Counted from the stretch's first letter, positions 35,831-49,950 are shown. The stretch is DNA of 64,000 nt from Camelus ferus (GCF_009834535.1 NC_045697.1:746001-810000), one strand, 5' to 3'. Numbers and translations: made by a program. The notes: generated by a model from the sequence alone, not told the origin.

Positions 35831-37819
35831 AGCCCCACAGCAGGAGGCCAGCTCCAGAATGAGCTCTGAATGAAAAGAGTCGTGCAGGTGGCGCAACATT
35901 TGAAAAGACTGCTCTGGCCTCACCCTGGGGGCCCCCACCCCGCTCGCCGCCCTGCTCGCCTGCCCCTCTGCCAGAACCACAGGCAGCCTCGGCCGGCACA
36001 CACAGCCTGGCCCAGCTGGGAGGCCGTGCTCCTGGCACAAAGACGCCACAGACACACGTGCGCACACACCTCCCCCAACCCCTCATTGCAGAGCCCCAGC
36101 TCCGTTCCCACCGTGCACACCTACCTGCTCTCACCCAGGCCTCGGCCCCTACGATGTCCAGGGGTCCGCCTCCCGCCCAGCCCCCCCCCACCCCCCCCCC
36201 AAGCCTCCAAGCAGGCATGTTGCACATCTTCCCCTTCTTCAGCTAACTTCTGGGACCCCGCGGTTTCCCACAGCACGCCCAGAAGGAGAAGCTCCAGGGG
36301 TCCCTGAAGCAAGGAGCCGGGAGTGGGTGGGGTGAGTAGGGGGGGCAGCGGGCAGGAAGCCAAGGTGAGGCCGCCTGGGGGGCACAAGGCACCAGGAGGG
36401 GCCCCACTGGGCCTCCTTAACCCAGGCCGGGCGGCCTCTAAGGCTACCCCTTCTGCCTACGTCTCATCGCTGCCCCCCGCCACCGACGCCACCCACCCCC
36501 TGAGAACAGCTCACAGGAAAAGCTCCCACCCGCCTCCCCAGACCACTGGGCACTGGTGGCCGGCCTCAGAGACCCCAGGTGGCCCAGGTGACACTCCTTC
36601 AATCCAGAAGGCTAGGCCCAGTCACTACAAGACGTGGACGATGTCAGCGGCCTGGCCAGGTGGTTGAGGCTGCACTGATCAGCTCCTCACTGGAGGTGAA
36701 GGGACGGTGAGGGTGGTGGGCTGGTTCCCAGCTGCAGGAGGCACACCCCATTGGGGTGTCAGGGGATTGGAGGGCGGGGGCAGAGAGGTGGGGAGGGACA
36801 GGTGCGTTACCCTAGAAAGGTCGGAGCCGGGGGAGGCGTGGGTCCTCTGCAGTGGGAGGCTGTGCCCTGGGGGTGGGAGGGCAGGGGCTGTGTGCTCACC
36901 TCACCCTCCCAGGAGCCCATGGGGGTGGCCCCTCGTGTGAACAGGCAGGCACGACAGCCACCCAGGCCACAAGGAACAAGAAACACCACGTGGGCGGGCA
37001 GGACAGACAGACAGGGCAGGAGAGGAACGACCCCATCACCCGCCCCGCCCTGCCCAGCCCTGCATTGAGTCCAGGAGTCCTCCGTGAAGGATGTCGGGGC
37101 AGTGCTGGGTCTCCAGGTCCCAGTAGCGCTGGGGGCCAAGGCTGTCACCCACCAGCCGGGCGAGAAGGCCAAGTGCAGCCAAGCCGGGCAGCCCAGCCCC
37201 ACCTGCCCTGCGGCCCCCGCCCCTGCCATGCCCCTTCGGTTGTCACATCTTCCTGCCTCAGAAGCATCTACAAGTGTTATGCTAAGTCCTCCTGGAGCAG
37301 GGGGGCGTCAACAAGGCCCCTAGGGCCACTCCTGGGGCAGCCAGACAAGGGCCACCTGGGTCTCAGGGCTGCCTGTCCTCCGGGGCCAGAGACCCCTCCC
37401 AGCCCCGGGCCTCGCATGGGGCTGCCAGCCCAGCCTGGCCCCAGCTGCCACAAAGACACTGGGATTCCACCAAGCCTCTGGGGAGGGCTCCCCGGCCCCC
37501 CATCCACCTGTGCCAGTCTCCCAGCACAGCCAGCCAGGTGCAGGGGGCAGGGCCTGCTCGGGGTGGGGACCTGGGGCCAGGGGGCCTGCAAGACTTCAGT
37601 GTGGTGGGGGACACACAATTGGATGATTCCATCTTAAGAGCCAGCCTGGGAAGGCCTGGCTGGGGCCCAGCCCCTGGAACATCCACTAAGTGAAAGTGTG
37701 TTTGAGGGGGCAGGGGGAGCCCGGAGCCGCAGGGTGCAACCCACCCACGGGGGTGACCGCCTGGCTGTCGATTCCAGGGCCAGGAAGGAGGCGGCAGGCG
37801 GGGCCCCGGCCACACAAAG

Positions 37820-38010
37820 GCTGCGGCAGATGAAATGGTGTCTGCCTGCTTATGTGAAGAGTGATGAAACTTTAAATGAGTCGCTGACCTTTCTGGAATG
37901 ACAGGTGACCCGAGCCATATCTGAGGTGTGTATCGAAAATTGCTGCTGCTGCCCGAAAAGAAACAATAAGACAGAAAATGCGGTTTGAAAAAATTGAACG
38001 GCTTCAACAC
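37820..38010. promoter_or_regulatory. Candidate conserved element
   Basis: AT-richer island with CAGATG E-box, TGACAGGT (MEIS/TGIF) and AACAAT (SOX). Confidence 0.5.
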
Positions 38011-40321
38011 CGAGGGGAGTGGGAGTGATTTCGGGCCATGGCTCAAGCCCACAGCTCTGCCCTCCCCCGGGGCTGGCAGGCCGGCCTCGCAGGACCCCCC
38101 AGGCTGCTCCGGCTCTGCCAACCCCCGGCCTCCCTGACCAGCTCCTGTTTCACAGGCTGGGTGCTCGGGGCAGAGGCAGTGTCCTCCCCCACAACCACGT
38201 CCACTGGAGCCCAGCTCCCCAAGGACAGGCTGGCACTGGGGAGCCCCTGTGCCTCAGTTTCCCCGAGTAGGACATGTGCCAGGAGTGCAACCCTGGGGCT
38301 GGGCAGAAAGTGGTGGGCAGAGCTGCGCGCTCGAGCCATGTCTCTGTCACATCTCAGGCAGAGGCGGCTCGAACCCAGACCTGCCTCACCTGTGAGTGCC
38401 ACCCAGCCATGCAGCCCAGAAACGGATACCCTCCTCAGGGGAGCAGAGGGCCCCGCGGGGCCAGGGGCCACAGGCACAGTGGGAGGGAGGCTCTTCCCCC
38501 TGCATGGACCCTGGCCAGCCAGGGAGGCTGAGGCAGGCGCTGGCAGGTGGAAACTGGACAGTCCCGGCGGGCAGGGCTGAGCCTAGACCCCCTCCCAGCG
38601 CGGTGCCCTCCCTCCCTGCGCCTCCTGAGCTGGCTGGGGCTCCCTGGAGCCAGGGAGCCAGCATCCAGCATCATCCCCAACTCCACCTCCTCCAGGAAGA
38701 CCCCATTCTGCCAGCTGTCAGGGCAGGGTGAGGCCAGGCCTGGGGGTTCTGGCAGGGGAGGGTCTCCTGGAAGGGGCCCTGTGGTACCAGGAACCCTCTA
38801 GGGGCAGAAGGGCCGCAGCCTGGAATTCACTTGGACGAGGACACAGTGCTAGTGCGGTCAGGAGGGGTGAGTCCCCTGTGCCGAAGCGGCCAGGAAGGCA
38901 GGGGCCCAGGAGGGAGGAGAGGCTTCGTCTGGGGAGAGAGAAGGTGAGGGCCGGTCCTGGGGTCGAGTGAGGCCTTCAGGGGAGGAAGCAGCTCCCCGAG
39001 GGGAGCGCATCCTGGCTGGACCTCAAGGAGACCCCATGAAGCACCAGACAGGCCCTAGAATCTCTGCCTGAAGCCTCACAGGGAGCAGCCCCCACAGCCC
39101 ACACCACACCCTGGCCCTCTGTCCAGCCCCTGGGGTGAGACCATGTCTTCCTCCCACTGAACACACTCCTCTGGGCTCTGGGCGCAGGTCTGGTTCTCAC
39201 CCGCCTCCCTGTCCCCTCAGCCAGACCTACCTCCTCCCGCGAGTATAGACAGCTCCCCCAGACCCGGTCTAGCCCCTCCCCTTCTCTATGCACATGCCCT
39301 CTGTGGGGTCCCTTGTCCGCTGCAGCGTGACAACCCTACACCTGCGGCACTCGCCACGGTTCTGCTCACAGACGCTCAGGTCAGGAGCTCGGACAAGGCC
39401 AGCAGGCTGGCTGACCTCCTGCCCCCATGTCTGACCTCAGCAGGAGACACTCAGAGGCTGGGCTGCCTCCCCCGTGTCCCCCCACACCTGTGCTCGACAC
39501 TGGCCGTGGCCGGGACCTGCCAGCCGGGACCCACACGGCCTCTCCGAGTGCCCCGAAGGAGTGGCCTCCCTTTCAATTAACTTGGAAGCCACCCTGCGTC
39601 ACATCCGTCTGCTTCGAGGGGTGGGAACACAGCCCCTCTCCTTGGGTAGGGCGTCCATGCCCACGGAAGGCCTCCTTGTGGCCACCTGGAAAGGTGACCC
39701 GGCAGTCCTACCCCAGAGCCTCACCCAGGGCAGCAGAGGCCAGGCTCGGCACATGCTCGTCCCCTCTGGGTCCAGGTGCGGGTCAGACTCCCTGGGGCAG
39801 CCTCTCGGGCAGCTCCAGCCTCCTCCCTGTGGACCCGTCCACCTGCCCCACATGGCAGGCACACAGACCCTCTCAGCTCCCAGTCAGCCCTCTGGTCGCC
39901 CCTTGTTTCTGTAAAATGCATCCTCTAAAGGGTTTCCTCACCTTACTTCCTCCTGTGAGCCTGCACTGCCCTTTCGTCCAAATCGAAAGTGTTTCCTCTT
40001 TTGGGGCAGCTTTACTGGGGCGAGGCTCCACCCACCCAGGGCTGTGACACCCAGACCTGGAGCCCCTGAAATCTGCGGCCCAGGTGACCCCTGGCCCAGG
40101 ATGCCCTCCCGTCTTGCGGGCTCCAGGTCCTCGCTCCCGGTCCACCTCCAAGTCCCCGGGCCCTGACCCAGGAGCTGGGTCCAAGTTAACGTACAGACCT
40201 ACCTGCATGCACTTTCCTGAATTTTATCAGGATGTCATTCCCACGCCTTGCAGCTCACCCGTTTAAGCTCCGCATACGATGGCTTTGGTACGTCACACTA
40301 GCATTTGAATTGAGGTGAGGT

Positions 40322-40415
40322 CTATTTATTTATTTTTAGCAGAAGCGCTGGGGACCAAACCCTGGACCTCATGCACGCTAAGCCCACGCTCTGCCACTGA
40401 GCCGCACCCTCCCCC
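40322..40415 (-). mobile_element. tRNA-derived SINE (Vic-1-like, camelid), diverged copy
   Basis: Minus strand reads gggggagggtgcggctcagtggcagagcgtgggcttagcgtgcatgaggtccagggtttggtccccagc followed by an A-rich tail; possible TSD ttgaggtgaggt (40310-40321) / ttgagctgagct (40416-40427). Confidence 0.8.
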
Positions 40416-40427
40416 TTGAGCTGAGCT

Positions 40428-41092
40428 AAGATACGTAATGTGGTGTCTACATCGTAACTGTTTTAGGTGTGCGCGTCGGGGCGTTACATACGTTCCCACC
40501 ACTGCACAGCCAGCGCTGTTCGTCGCCAGGTCTCTTCTGTCACCTCCTCAGAAACTCTGGGCCTAGTCAACACGGACTCCCCATCCCCTCACCCCGGTTC
40601 CCACCATCCTGCTCTCTCCTCTGTGGAGCTGACTGCTTCAGACACCAGAGCAGAGCGTGTTCAGTGTTCATCCTCGCTGTAGCAGGTGTCAGAATTTCCT
40701 TCCTTTTTAAGCCTGAATAACATTCTGCCGTGTGGACGGACCACGTTCTTCCATCCATGGACACTTGAGAGGCTTCCACATCTTAGCTGTCTTGAAGGAT
40801 GAGGCTGTAAACATGGGTGTGCAAGTATCTCGTTGAGACCCCACTTTTAATTCTTTTGAACACATACCCAGGGGTGGGATTGCAAGATCATATGGCAACA
40901 AAATTTTTAAATTTTTGAGGACCCTCCGTACTGTTTTCCTCAGTGGCTGCACCATTCTACATTCCCACCAACAGTGCACACAAGTCTCCAGTTTCTCCGA
41001 GTCCTCGTCAGCACCTAGTATTTTCTGGCTCTTCCATAGTGGCCGACCCCATGGGCGTGAGGGGGTAGCTCGTTGTGGTTTGATTTGCATTT
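40428..41092 (-). mobile_element. L1MB-like 3' end (ORF2 C-terminus plus 3' UTR)
   Basis: ORF 40707..41090 translates to HCWWECRMVQPLRKTV...LPYDLAIPPLG...DTCTPMF...WKPLKCP, the Cys-rich C-terminus of L1 ORF2. Confidence 0.9.
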
Positions 41093-41969
41093 GTTTCCGT
41101 TATTGTGGAAATGTGGACACAAACACAAACGTCGACAGGTCTGTGTCAAGGACCCCAGGGACCCATTGCCCCTCAAGTCACCAGTTCAGGAATCTGGTTT
41201 CATCTCTACCTCCCCTCGCCCCCAGGTCACCTAGAAGTGGGTTCTCCACACAAACCCTTTCATCCACTGTGTTTCAGGGCATATTTCTAAAAGATAAAGG
41301 GGCTTTGAACAAGACCACAGTGCACCATTCACCAAAAATGACCCCACCAACTCCCAGCAAACTGAACATCCTGGTCGTGCTGGTCCCTCGTGTCTGCGGG
41401 GTTTTCCTCCCGGCGTGTTGACATCAGGACCTCTGACCAGGCCTCTCCTGATGCACAAGCCACGGGGAAATCAAGTCACCCCTACTGTCATCCTCCAGGC
41501 ACCTGGAGAACAATCCCACTCCCCACCCCACGCCCCGTCCCCTGTCCCCTCTGCCACAGGCTGGGACGGACCCTGGAAGGCTGGCCAGTGGCGGGGGAGG
41601 GTGGACGGAGAGAGGCCCCTGAGCTGGCCATGGGTGGGACTTGGCTGGTGGGGGAGGCAGGGGGCAGGTGGGCGGACGGCAGAGCAGGACTGGATGGGAA
41701 GACTGGGTGGTCGGCCAGGTTCCAGGGTGTGGTGCACTTGCCCCCACGCTCCACCTACAGTCTCCTGGAAGGCAGCAGAAGCCCCTGGTCACAGTCCCAC
41801 GCCCAGGGTCTGGCAGCACCCTGCCCTGCCCTGAATCCCAGTCCCCTCCCAGCACTCACCTGGCCCGCTCGGCGCCTGGTGGCCTCCAGGAGGCGGGGAT
41901 GTGCATCACCCGACGTCCTTCCCTGGCCCCCGCTCCTCGCCCGAGGGAGAGCCATTTGGACCTGCCCAA

Positions 41970-42055
41970 GCTGAACAATACAATATTTCTGTTGAGCTGT
42001 GAAGTTGATTAATAATTTGGAAATGAAATCAATACGCTCTGCTTTTCATTCCCCG
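41970..42055. promoter_or_regulatory. Short candidate element
   Basis: aacaatacaat (tandem SOX-like), tgattaat (PBX-HOX-like), taatttg and aaatcaat. Confidence 0.45.
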
Positions 42056-44139
42056 AGTGTCCCGTGCAGAGGGACGCCACCCAGGCAGCTGCAGTCCCCG
42101 GTGGGGCTGGGGTGGTGTGGCTGACGCAGACCTGCTGACCTGAATTCACCTTGAATTCTCTGCAGAAGCAGAAGCACCGCGGGCTGCAGACCCTTGGTGT
42201 CTCACCTCGGAGAAGGGCACCTGTCCCGCCTTCACCCCAGGGCCCCTGCAGGGATGGTATGTCCCTTGTCTGGGGTCCCAGTGGGCCTGGCCATCTCCCC
42301 TTGTCCCTCACTCCCACAGGGAGCCCTGGGTCTGCACCCACCCACCTCCCTCTCAGTCACTGAAGCCGCTGAGATGGGTGCTCAGCCACGTCCCCTGCAG
42401 CTTCCCTGGGCTTGTGGTCCCCCACGACCCCCCGATCATTGCTGCTGAGCTTCCTGGCTGCAGCACGCAGGGGCTAGGGCTGCTTCCACACTAGCTCCTC
42501 TGCCCTCCCCCAGGACCCCCCCAGTCCTGCCCACTGCCCACCCCCCAACCCCCGTGCACAGAGTTCAGGCGCAGCAGCCCCCACGCTGCTCCCAGGAAGC
42601 CCACTCCCCACCCGGCCTGCCAGCTCCTGTCTCGGGGTTAGAAGGGTGGCGTCGGTCCTGCAGATCCAGCCACCAGACCCAGAGCTGGCCCTGCAGGTTC
42701 ATCCCAGGGCAGAGGGAGTGAGGGGATGAGTGAGCGAACAGAGTCTGCAGAGACACAAATGCTTCCAGGGTTCACGGGGGTGGTGACCTGAGGACACAGG
42801 GGAGCCCCAGTTTTAGGGGCCAGAGCAGCAAGGCACGCCCCAATGCTAGACAGGGGGAGGGGTCTAGGGGACCACAGAGAGTGCAGGGGGTGGGGGCAGG
42901 AGACTCAGAACAGGGAAGGGGCTTGGGCGGGCAGGAGGCCCCCAACGGGCTAGGGTAGGTCAGGGGATAGGGGGACAAATCCTGAAGACCCATCCCCAGG
43001 GCTCAGTGTATCAGGCCTTCAGCGTTCACAGTCAATGGTCAGTGAGGAGGCCACCCCACCGCCCCACCATCCACCCCCTCAGCTGTCCCAGAGCCCCGCC
43101 TGGACATGCCCTCCCAACTGCATGCACTCCGGCCATGTGGGCACAAGGCTGACGTCCTGCCCTGCCCTGCCCTGCCCTGCCCAGGCCTGCAGAGCTGCCC
43201 TCCGCTCCACTCCCCTGGAGCCTTGCTCCCGCAGCAGCAGCAGCGCCCAGCAGGCCCCTCTCAGGCCTCCCAGAGGTCGGAGCCCCTGCTCGGCCCCAGA
43301 GCATCGGCAGGGCTGCCGTCCTGGTCACTGTGACCAGCCCTGCGGCCCCTCCTGATGCCACCTGTGTGGCTTTGAGCTCTGCCTGTGACCTTGGGCAGGT
43401 CCCTGAGGCCCAGGCACCTTGCCTGGAATGTGGGGACACAGGACAGAGCCCCGGGCTTCTGGGTGAGCAGTCTGGCCCTCAGCCCGGCTAGGTGCGCGGT
43501 GCTTCCCTCACTGGGGCAACAGAGCGCACGCGCCCACGCACACACACACACTGTTCACTTGCTCAGACTGGGCCAGGTGTGGGGCTGTGGGGTCCAGCCC
43601 CTGGGCCCCCAGAGACCCTCTTGCTGGCAGACTCCACTCAGGGCCACCCCAGTCTGATGCCTTGACACCAGCGGTCAGGCCACTCCACCGTCTGCCCCAG
43701 AGACCAGCCCTTAGACCCAGGCACTGGCCACAAAGGGCAGCTCTGGCCTGGCCCCAGATGCCTTTTACCAGCTCCTAGGGTGGTGACCCACTGGCCTGGC
43801 CAGCACAGTGGCCAGTGCCTCTCCTGGGGGGCCCTGGGCGAGAGGGCAGCAGCGGCCCTGGCTGTGTGCACCACTCTGGGCCCTGGGACAGACGGGCCCC
43901 AAGGCCCGGGTGGGCACGGCTGCCCCGGGCAGAGCAGGTCCACCGTGGAGGCCTGGCTCCAGAGCCCAGCAGTCTCGCCTGCTCTGTGGACAGCAGGCCA
44001 CTGTGGGGCGGTGAGGGCCCCGTGGCCGGCAGGCCGGCGGCATGCACGTGCAGAGAGGTGGGAGGCCGCCAGCCGCACTGTCTGTTCCAGCAGCTCCCCA
44101 GAAGCCGGAGTGCCTTGACCCACGCCGGGCGGGGGAGGC

Positions 44140-44555
44140 CGTTTTATAGGAGCCATTGACCGGGCGCATTGATCCCCGAGAATGTATCGCACAAATCATT
44201 TTGCACTAAACTGCGGAATCGATGGAGAAATCTCCCGGAAAATTTATATTAAAAGTCTCTGTTTGCCTAAATGAGTTCCCTGTGCCCCATATTGAATATT
44301 TGGCTGATGAATTGAATGGGTTTAAATTTGAACATTGCAGACCCATTAAAGAATGAATTCTTAAATCAAATCCTGCCATTTATGATTGAAATGAGATTTC
44401 CTCTGCGATGGACCAGCCGCTATATAAATCAGCTATGCGTTTTATACTGAACCATAAACAAGATATAATTCTTTTAAATACACAACAGGTGCCTTAAATC
44501 TTTTGATGCATCTTGTATTTATCTGAAGTGGGAATTGCTGTATTTACACCAGGTC
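44140..44555. promoter_or_regulatory. Candidate conserved non-coding element
   Basis: ~415-bp AT-rich non-repeat island; ATAAATCA (PBX-HOX TGATTTAT, 44424-44431), TTAAATCA (44361-44368), CCATAAA (44452-44458), TTTTATA, TTTATGA and CATTAA. Confidence 0.65.
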
Positions 44556-44719
44556 GCGTGGGGCCTTGGATGGCATTGCCAGGGAAGGTAAAGGTCTCCA
44601 TGCGTGGGCTCCCACCTCAAGACCCCTCCAGAGAAGCCCACCAGGGGCCAGGGAAGCCCAGCCCATGCGCCCGCCAACGCCCGCAGCCAGGGCCCCTCTC
44701 CGAGCGAGCTCAGCCCCTC

Positions 44720-45035
44720 TGACACTCTTGCACGGAGCACAGAGTCATGCCAATGTGCACACGTGAAAATATACACAGCATACATGTGCTCATGAGGCTG
44801 AGCGTGCTTGAGTGACTCGTATGTGTGCAGGCGGGCATGTGTGAACAAACGTGCACACACTAGCACGTGCACATGGCACCGGCACTTCACACACTCCCAC
44901 CTGGACACCCATGAACACACATGAGCGCACAGCAGCCACAAGCACACATGCTCTCCTGCAGCACACACACCGGACACAAACTGTGCACAGCAGCACAAAT
45001 CCGACAACACAGGAAAGCACACACTCACACGCACT
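44720..45035. repeat. CA-rich low-complexity tract
   Basis: Degenerate cacaca/gcacac/catgtg repeats. Confidence 0.75.
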
Positions 45036-47429
45036 CCCCTCGAGGCTCTCCCCAGGACCTGAGGGCCGAGGCCACGTGGGGCTCTCTCCCCACGTCGTGG
45101 TGCCTTCTCAGCGCTGTGGGCGCCAACCCACCTGGCCCAGTTCTGGGAGCAGAGAGAAGCCTCCCCATCATGGTTCCATGTCTGGCATCTACACACAGGT
45201 GCCTCCCAGCTCCCTGTAGCTCCCACCTTCCTGCACACCTACAAGTTCTCCAGGAGGAACCGGGCCAGGCACTAGGAAACTCTGAGTCATTGACGATGCC
45301 AGCAGGGCATCCAGGAAGGCTTCCTGGGGGAGGCAACCGTGGCACTGAGCCCAAGGTATGAGCAATCTCCCCTCCCCGGTTTAGGTTCCTGTCCAGCAGG
45401 CATGTCTTGCATGGACCACCCTTTCGAGAAACTCTCTCAGGCCTGTCTGTGCTGCTCGCCTCCATCCAGGCCCATGGGCAAGCCTCAAGGGCTCCTGGCC
45501 CTCAGCTGACCACTTGGGCTGGAGGGGGCTCTGAGGCCTGCCAGAAGCAGAGTCCCCTAAGGAAGGGGACCCGGTGATGTGAGTGTCTAGAAACGTCAGA
45601 TGAGGAAGCTGAGGCTGGAAGGGAGGAAGGGTGGAGCCAGAGCTCCAGACTCTCATCCAGAGCCTGGAACCTCCCCCAGGAGGGGCGGCACTCGAAGTTC
45701 CTCCCGTCAGCCCCCCAGGCTGCACTGCTGCCCCCGGCTGCCACCCATTCTCTCCTGAGCCCACGCCCACCGGCCCCTGAGTCCTGGGGGTGCTGCATCC
45801 TGCCTGCCTGCCACCTTGGGCTGGTCGCCCTCTCCCAGGCCTCCCAGCCAGTCATCTGCAGACTCAGGGCCTCCCACTACCTTCCTAGCTCAGGCAGCAT
45901 GCAAAGATCTAGGGGTTGAGGTCACATCAGCAAGTTTGGGGAACTGATGTGAAAAAGTTGGAGAACCCAACAGAATAAATGGTCAGGCAAATCACAGAGG
46001 GGAGAGCCAACAGGCTAGTGTGTTCATGAAGAGGTCGGCCCTGATAGGAGTCAGATAAATGCAAAATCAGACACACTTGGTGCCCCACGGAGTAAGGGCT
46101 TCAGAAGGTCAGCTCAGAGCCAGTGTTGGCAGAGCCCGGCCGGTGGCAGGCAGTCTACACAGCAGGTCCCGGAGCCCAGGGAAACGGGGCGCATGCAGAC
46201 TCCCAGGGCCCACACGGCGAGGCTCCTGGGGGCCACAGATAGGCTCGTCCTCTGTGGAGCTAGGCCAGCCAGGCACCTGCCGCCAGGGGCTGGGGGAGCA
46301 GAAGATGCCCCCAGAGCACGAGCGGGAGCCCCAGGTGCACAGTGGATCTCAACCGCCAAGGTTCTGTGGGAAGCAGGGAACCACCGCCCAAGGCCACACA
46401 TGAGCCGGAGCGGCCGTTCTCACCACTCACTACCTGAGGCTGTTTTGCTTGATCCAGTGTCACCGAGAGCGCAGAGTCCCTGAGTCCTCGAGTGCTGATC
46501 AGCCGCTCCGGGGAATCCGGGGTGGCTTCCCGCCAGCCTCTGGTCACAGCGTGGTCACCGATGGGTCAACATGGAACCCCGCTGCGTGCATCTTCCGTTC
46601 AGGGCCGCCTGCTGGACGCACACTGTTGACTCACCAGCACTGACCCCCGGCCAGCGGCGCTGTCCCTGGTGCTGAACGGAGCTCACCCGATGCCGGAGCT
46701 CCTCTGCCAGGCATGGCCCAATCTCTTGCGCAGAACGCTGGGTGGAACGAGCACGAGGCTGGGGCCGGTGTAAGCAGCAAAATCACTAGCCGAGAGCACA
46801 GGAGTGGAAACTCAGCACCGAACCGGCGGGAGGAGGACACGCTCACCGGTGAGTGGACGCAGGAAGGCCAGGCCTCGGTTTCTAATGCTCAGCACACGGC
46901 CACAGGTGACCTCGAAGGTGTCGTGAGGGTGGACCGTGGGGACAGTGCATCTTTGCAAAGGCAGGACCGAGGAATACTGAAGACCAGCCCTCCATCCAGA
47001 AGCAGCGCCTTGCCCTGTCCACAGAGCCACCCGCACAAAAAGACACAGGTGGCAGGCGGCGGGCTGGGAGGAGCAGGGGAGAGGGCTGGGGGCCGATGTT
47101 TCAGGGATGTTCATCTGTTGTTTTAACGGAGACCAGCTGACCGAGACTCAAGGCTCAGACTGCTGGGGTGCCAGCCATCGGGCCCAGGCTCCTGGCCCTG
47201 CCGTCCACCCTCCTTGGGGCCCAGGGCCTGGAGGCTTCCCACCCAGCCCCCAGGAAGCCAGGGAGAACCTCAGAGCCTGGGCCACAAACTGCAACTCAAG
47301 GCCTTCTGTTACTAAAGGGAAGGTGAGCCTGGCTATCCTTGACAAAGGGGCTTCCAGACCGAGCAGGGGCCTCCAGAACGTGCGAGCTGGCTGAGCGCCA
47401 GGAGGGAAGGTGGAGGGAGTGGTTCAAAG

Positions 47430-48100
47430 GTGTTCATTACTTTCCTCTTGTGTTTAATTTAATACCCAGATATAACACCCAAGCACCTGAGTTCTGATGT
47501 GTAATCATCTCAATATCACCATTTTCTAAGTTGCCCTAATGACTGGGCTTCTGTTTCCTCTTTGAATCAATGGATATTTAAGGGAGAAAGGAAGAGATCA
47601 CATTTTCAGATGGTGCCAGGATGCTCAGCCGTTTCAGCTGCTGCGCGTGACTCTCAGCGCTGTTCCACCGCAGCCAGAGGCTGCGGACGGAGTCACCCCT
47701 GTGGGAGGACTTGACTGAGATTTGCCTCATGGGCCATTAGACACCTGTTTTTAAGAAGTTTCCCTAATTGCTTAGCATAAGGGTCTTCTGAATGTAGAGG
47801 AGGAAGTCTGGTGCACACACACACGCGCATGTCAAGTTACCTCTGGATAGCTTTACTCAAACCCTATGCACACGAGGGGACTTCTATACCCTGGTCTGTT
47901 CAAAGACTTTCCTTACAACTGTGTCCCCGTTGCCTTTGCTTTGCTGTTGGAAGGTTTTCCTCTAAAACACTTCATATTGCTACACATTTGCCACATGAAA
48001 GTTTCCCCTCTGATCTCTTTACTGTGCGGTTCACTGCTTGTCAATGTAAATTTACTTTTTCTCCGTTTTCACGCTTTCTACATCTAATCTTACTTCATCG
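47430..48100 (-). mobile_element. Highly degraded ancient L1 fragment
   Basis: T-rich blocks resembling antisense L1 ORF2 (tttcctctttgaatcaatggatatttaagg; ttgctgttggaagg). Confidence 0.4.
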
Positions 48101-48439
48101 GTGGACATTTGTAAAGGCCACAGACACTCCTGCTCAGGACGCGGCTCCCACCTCCCCTCCCTGGAGTGTGGGCTGGACGTGGTGACCGACTCCTCAGAGA
48201 GCAAAAGACAGGGACGGCCTCCTGCCCCTGCAGGGGCCCACGTGGAAGGGAGCCCCCCACCGACTCGAGCCTTCAGATGGCACGGCCCCTGCCCACAGCC
48301 CGACCTCGTGAGAGGCCTGAGCCAGAACCTAGGCTGCTCCCAGACCCCAGACTCACAGAAGCCGTGAAGTAGTGGATGTTGGTTTTTCAAGCTGCTCAGA
48401 TTGGGGGAGATCCTTTACACAGAAAAAGATAATGAGTCC
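48100..48439 (+). mobile_element. MLT1F-type MaLR LTR
   Basis: cccctccctggagtgtgggctggacgtggtgac...gagccttcagatgg...cagactcacagaagccgtga...ttttcaagctgct. Confidence 0.65.
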
Positions 48440-49559
48440 AGCTTGACAGCATTATTTGCACCCGACCACCCTTCCTGGCTCAGTATTTACCTGGCGTGGT
48501 TTCACCCTCCTTCCTCTGTGACCTCTCCACGGTGTGAAGGTCAGGATCCCAGCAGGAAGCAGGTGGCAGCCCAGCCCACCGGGAGGACCAGGGCCAGGGC
48601 CACACGCAGGCGTGGGGGCAGCCGTGGGGGCCGAGGGGGGCTCCCAGCTCGGGCTCCCTCCTGCAACTGCACGCAGCGCTGACTTCATTCACAGTCACAG
48701 CCATTTTCACAGGGCGTGTAGCTCACTTACCTTTATTGTTGTAGCGTGTGTTTGCAGTATGCTTTCACACTTGCTTCCTGCTCTCTCTGCTCATATCCCT
48801 GGCTTAGGAGTTAGTTCTCTTTGTTTTTCTCTCATTCATGATTTTTAAAGTAAACAGGCACCCTGTGCTTTTAAATGTATTTGCATTAAAAACACAAACT
48901 TGAGGCCAGGGGACCGAGGCTGAGGCCAGGCCAGCACGACCGAGAGCAGAGGCCCACCCTCCACCCCCAGCCGCGCGGCTGGGGTGAGGACGTGTCTCCA
49001 ATCCCCATGCCACACGCCGAGCCTCACCCAGACCTCACTGCCCAGCCCCACCGACATCCTCCTGCACTGGCCATGGCCCCTGGGGGCCCCGCCGTGTGTG
49101 GACATCACCAAGGGCAGGGCAGGGACGTCCTGCGCACTTTTGAAGCAGAATTACAATGGAGAGGAGACTGCTGGCCAGCAGGTCATTCCACCCGGAAGCC
49201 CTGAAAACAGAAGCCCAGGGACCCAGGGGCAAGCGCGTAAGAGCTCTGTCCTCGGGTGCCGTCACTGCTGCTAAAATCAAAGAGTAGCTGAACCCAGAAA
49301 AAAACCATCTCTCCGTTTCTTGGTTATTCTTATTTTGATTCATCCCTCAGGAGGACACCTCTCAGTGATTCTAAAGGAAGGACGTAGTGGGAGGGGTGGC
49401 CTCAGAGCCTCCGTGTTTGAGGATGTAGTTCAGTATCTTTGTTACTGAAAACAGCTCTGCCTAGGAGGACCACAGAATGCTGTTTCCAAATCTTATAGCT
49501 TATTCCCTGATGAAATTCTTTAAGCAGAAAACCCTCCCCGACTAGGGTCCTCTAAGACT

Positions 49560-49950
49560 GCCCCAGAGGCACGCACCTTCAGGGCCGGCTGGACCTGCAG
49601 ACCAGGATGACATCACTTCCAGGATTTGCCATAAAAGCCTGGCCTCCATCCTGGGACCATCTCTGCCCTCCTCCCCCCTGAACTGGCCCCTCACCTTGGG
49701 GGGCTGCTGCCAGGCACCGGGGGGGCCCAGGGGAGGGGGTTGGAAGTGGATCCCCACCCAGCCCGGTGGAGCCATCAGCTGAGACCACAGCCCACAGCCG
49801 GACTACAACCTTGTGAGCCCTCGAGCCGGAGGCCCCCAGGTAAGCCGCACACAGACTACCGGCCCTCAGAAGTACGGGATGGTAAATAGCTGCTGTTTTA
49901 ACCAAGCAAGTTTGAGAGCATTTGTTATACAGCAATAGATAATTAATACA
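49560..49950 (+). mobile_element. MLT1E/F-type MaLR LTR
   Basis: Terminal gctgttttaaccaagcaagtttgagagcatttgttatacagcaatagataattaataca. Confidence 0.75.

Noticed and set aside
48720..48900. Minus-strand exon candidate ending in AG|GTAAGT
   Set aside because: The sequence resembles the antisense L1 motif also seen near 26655, and the acceptor lacks a good polypyrimidine tract.
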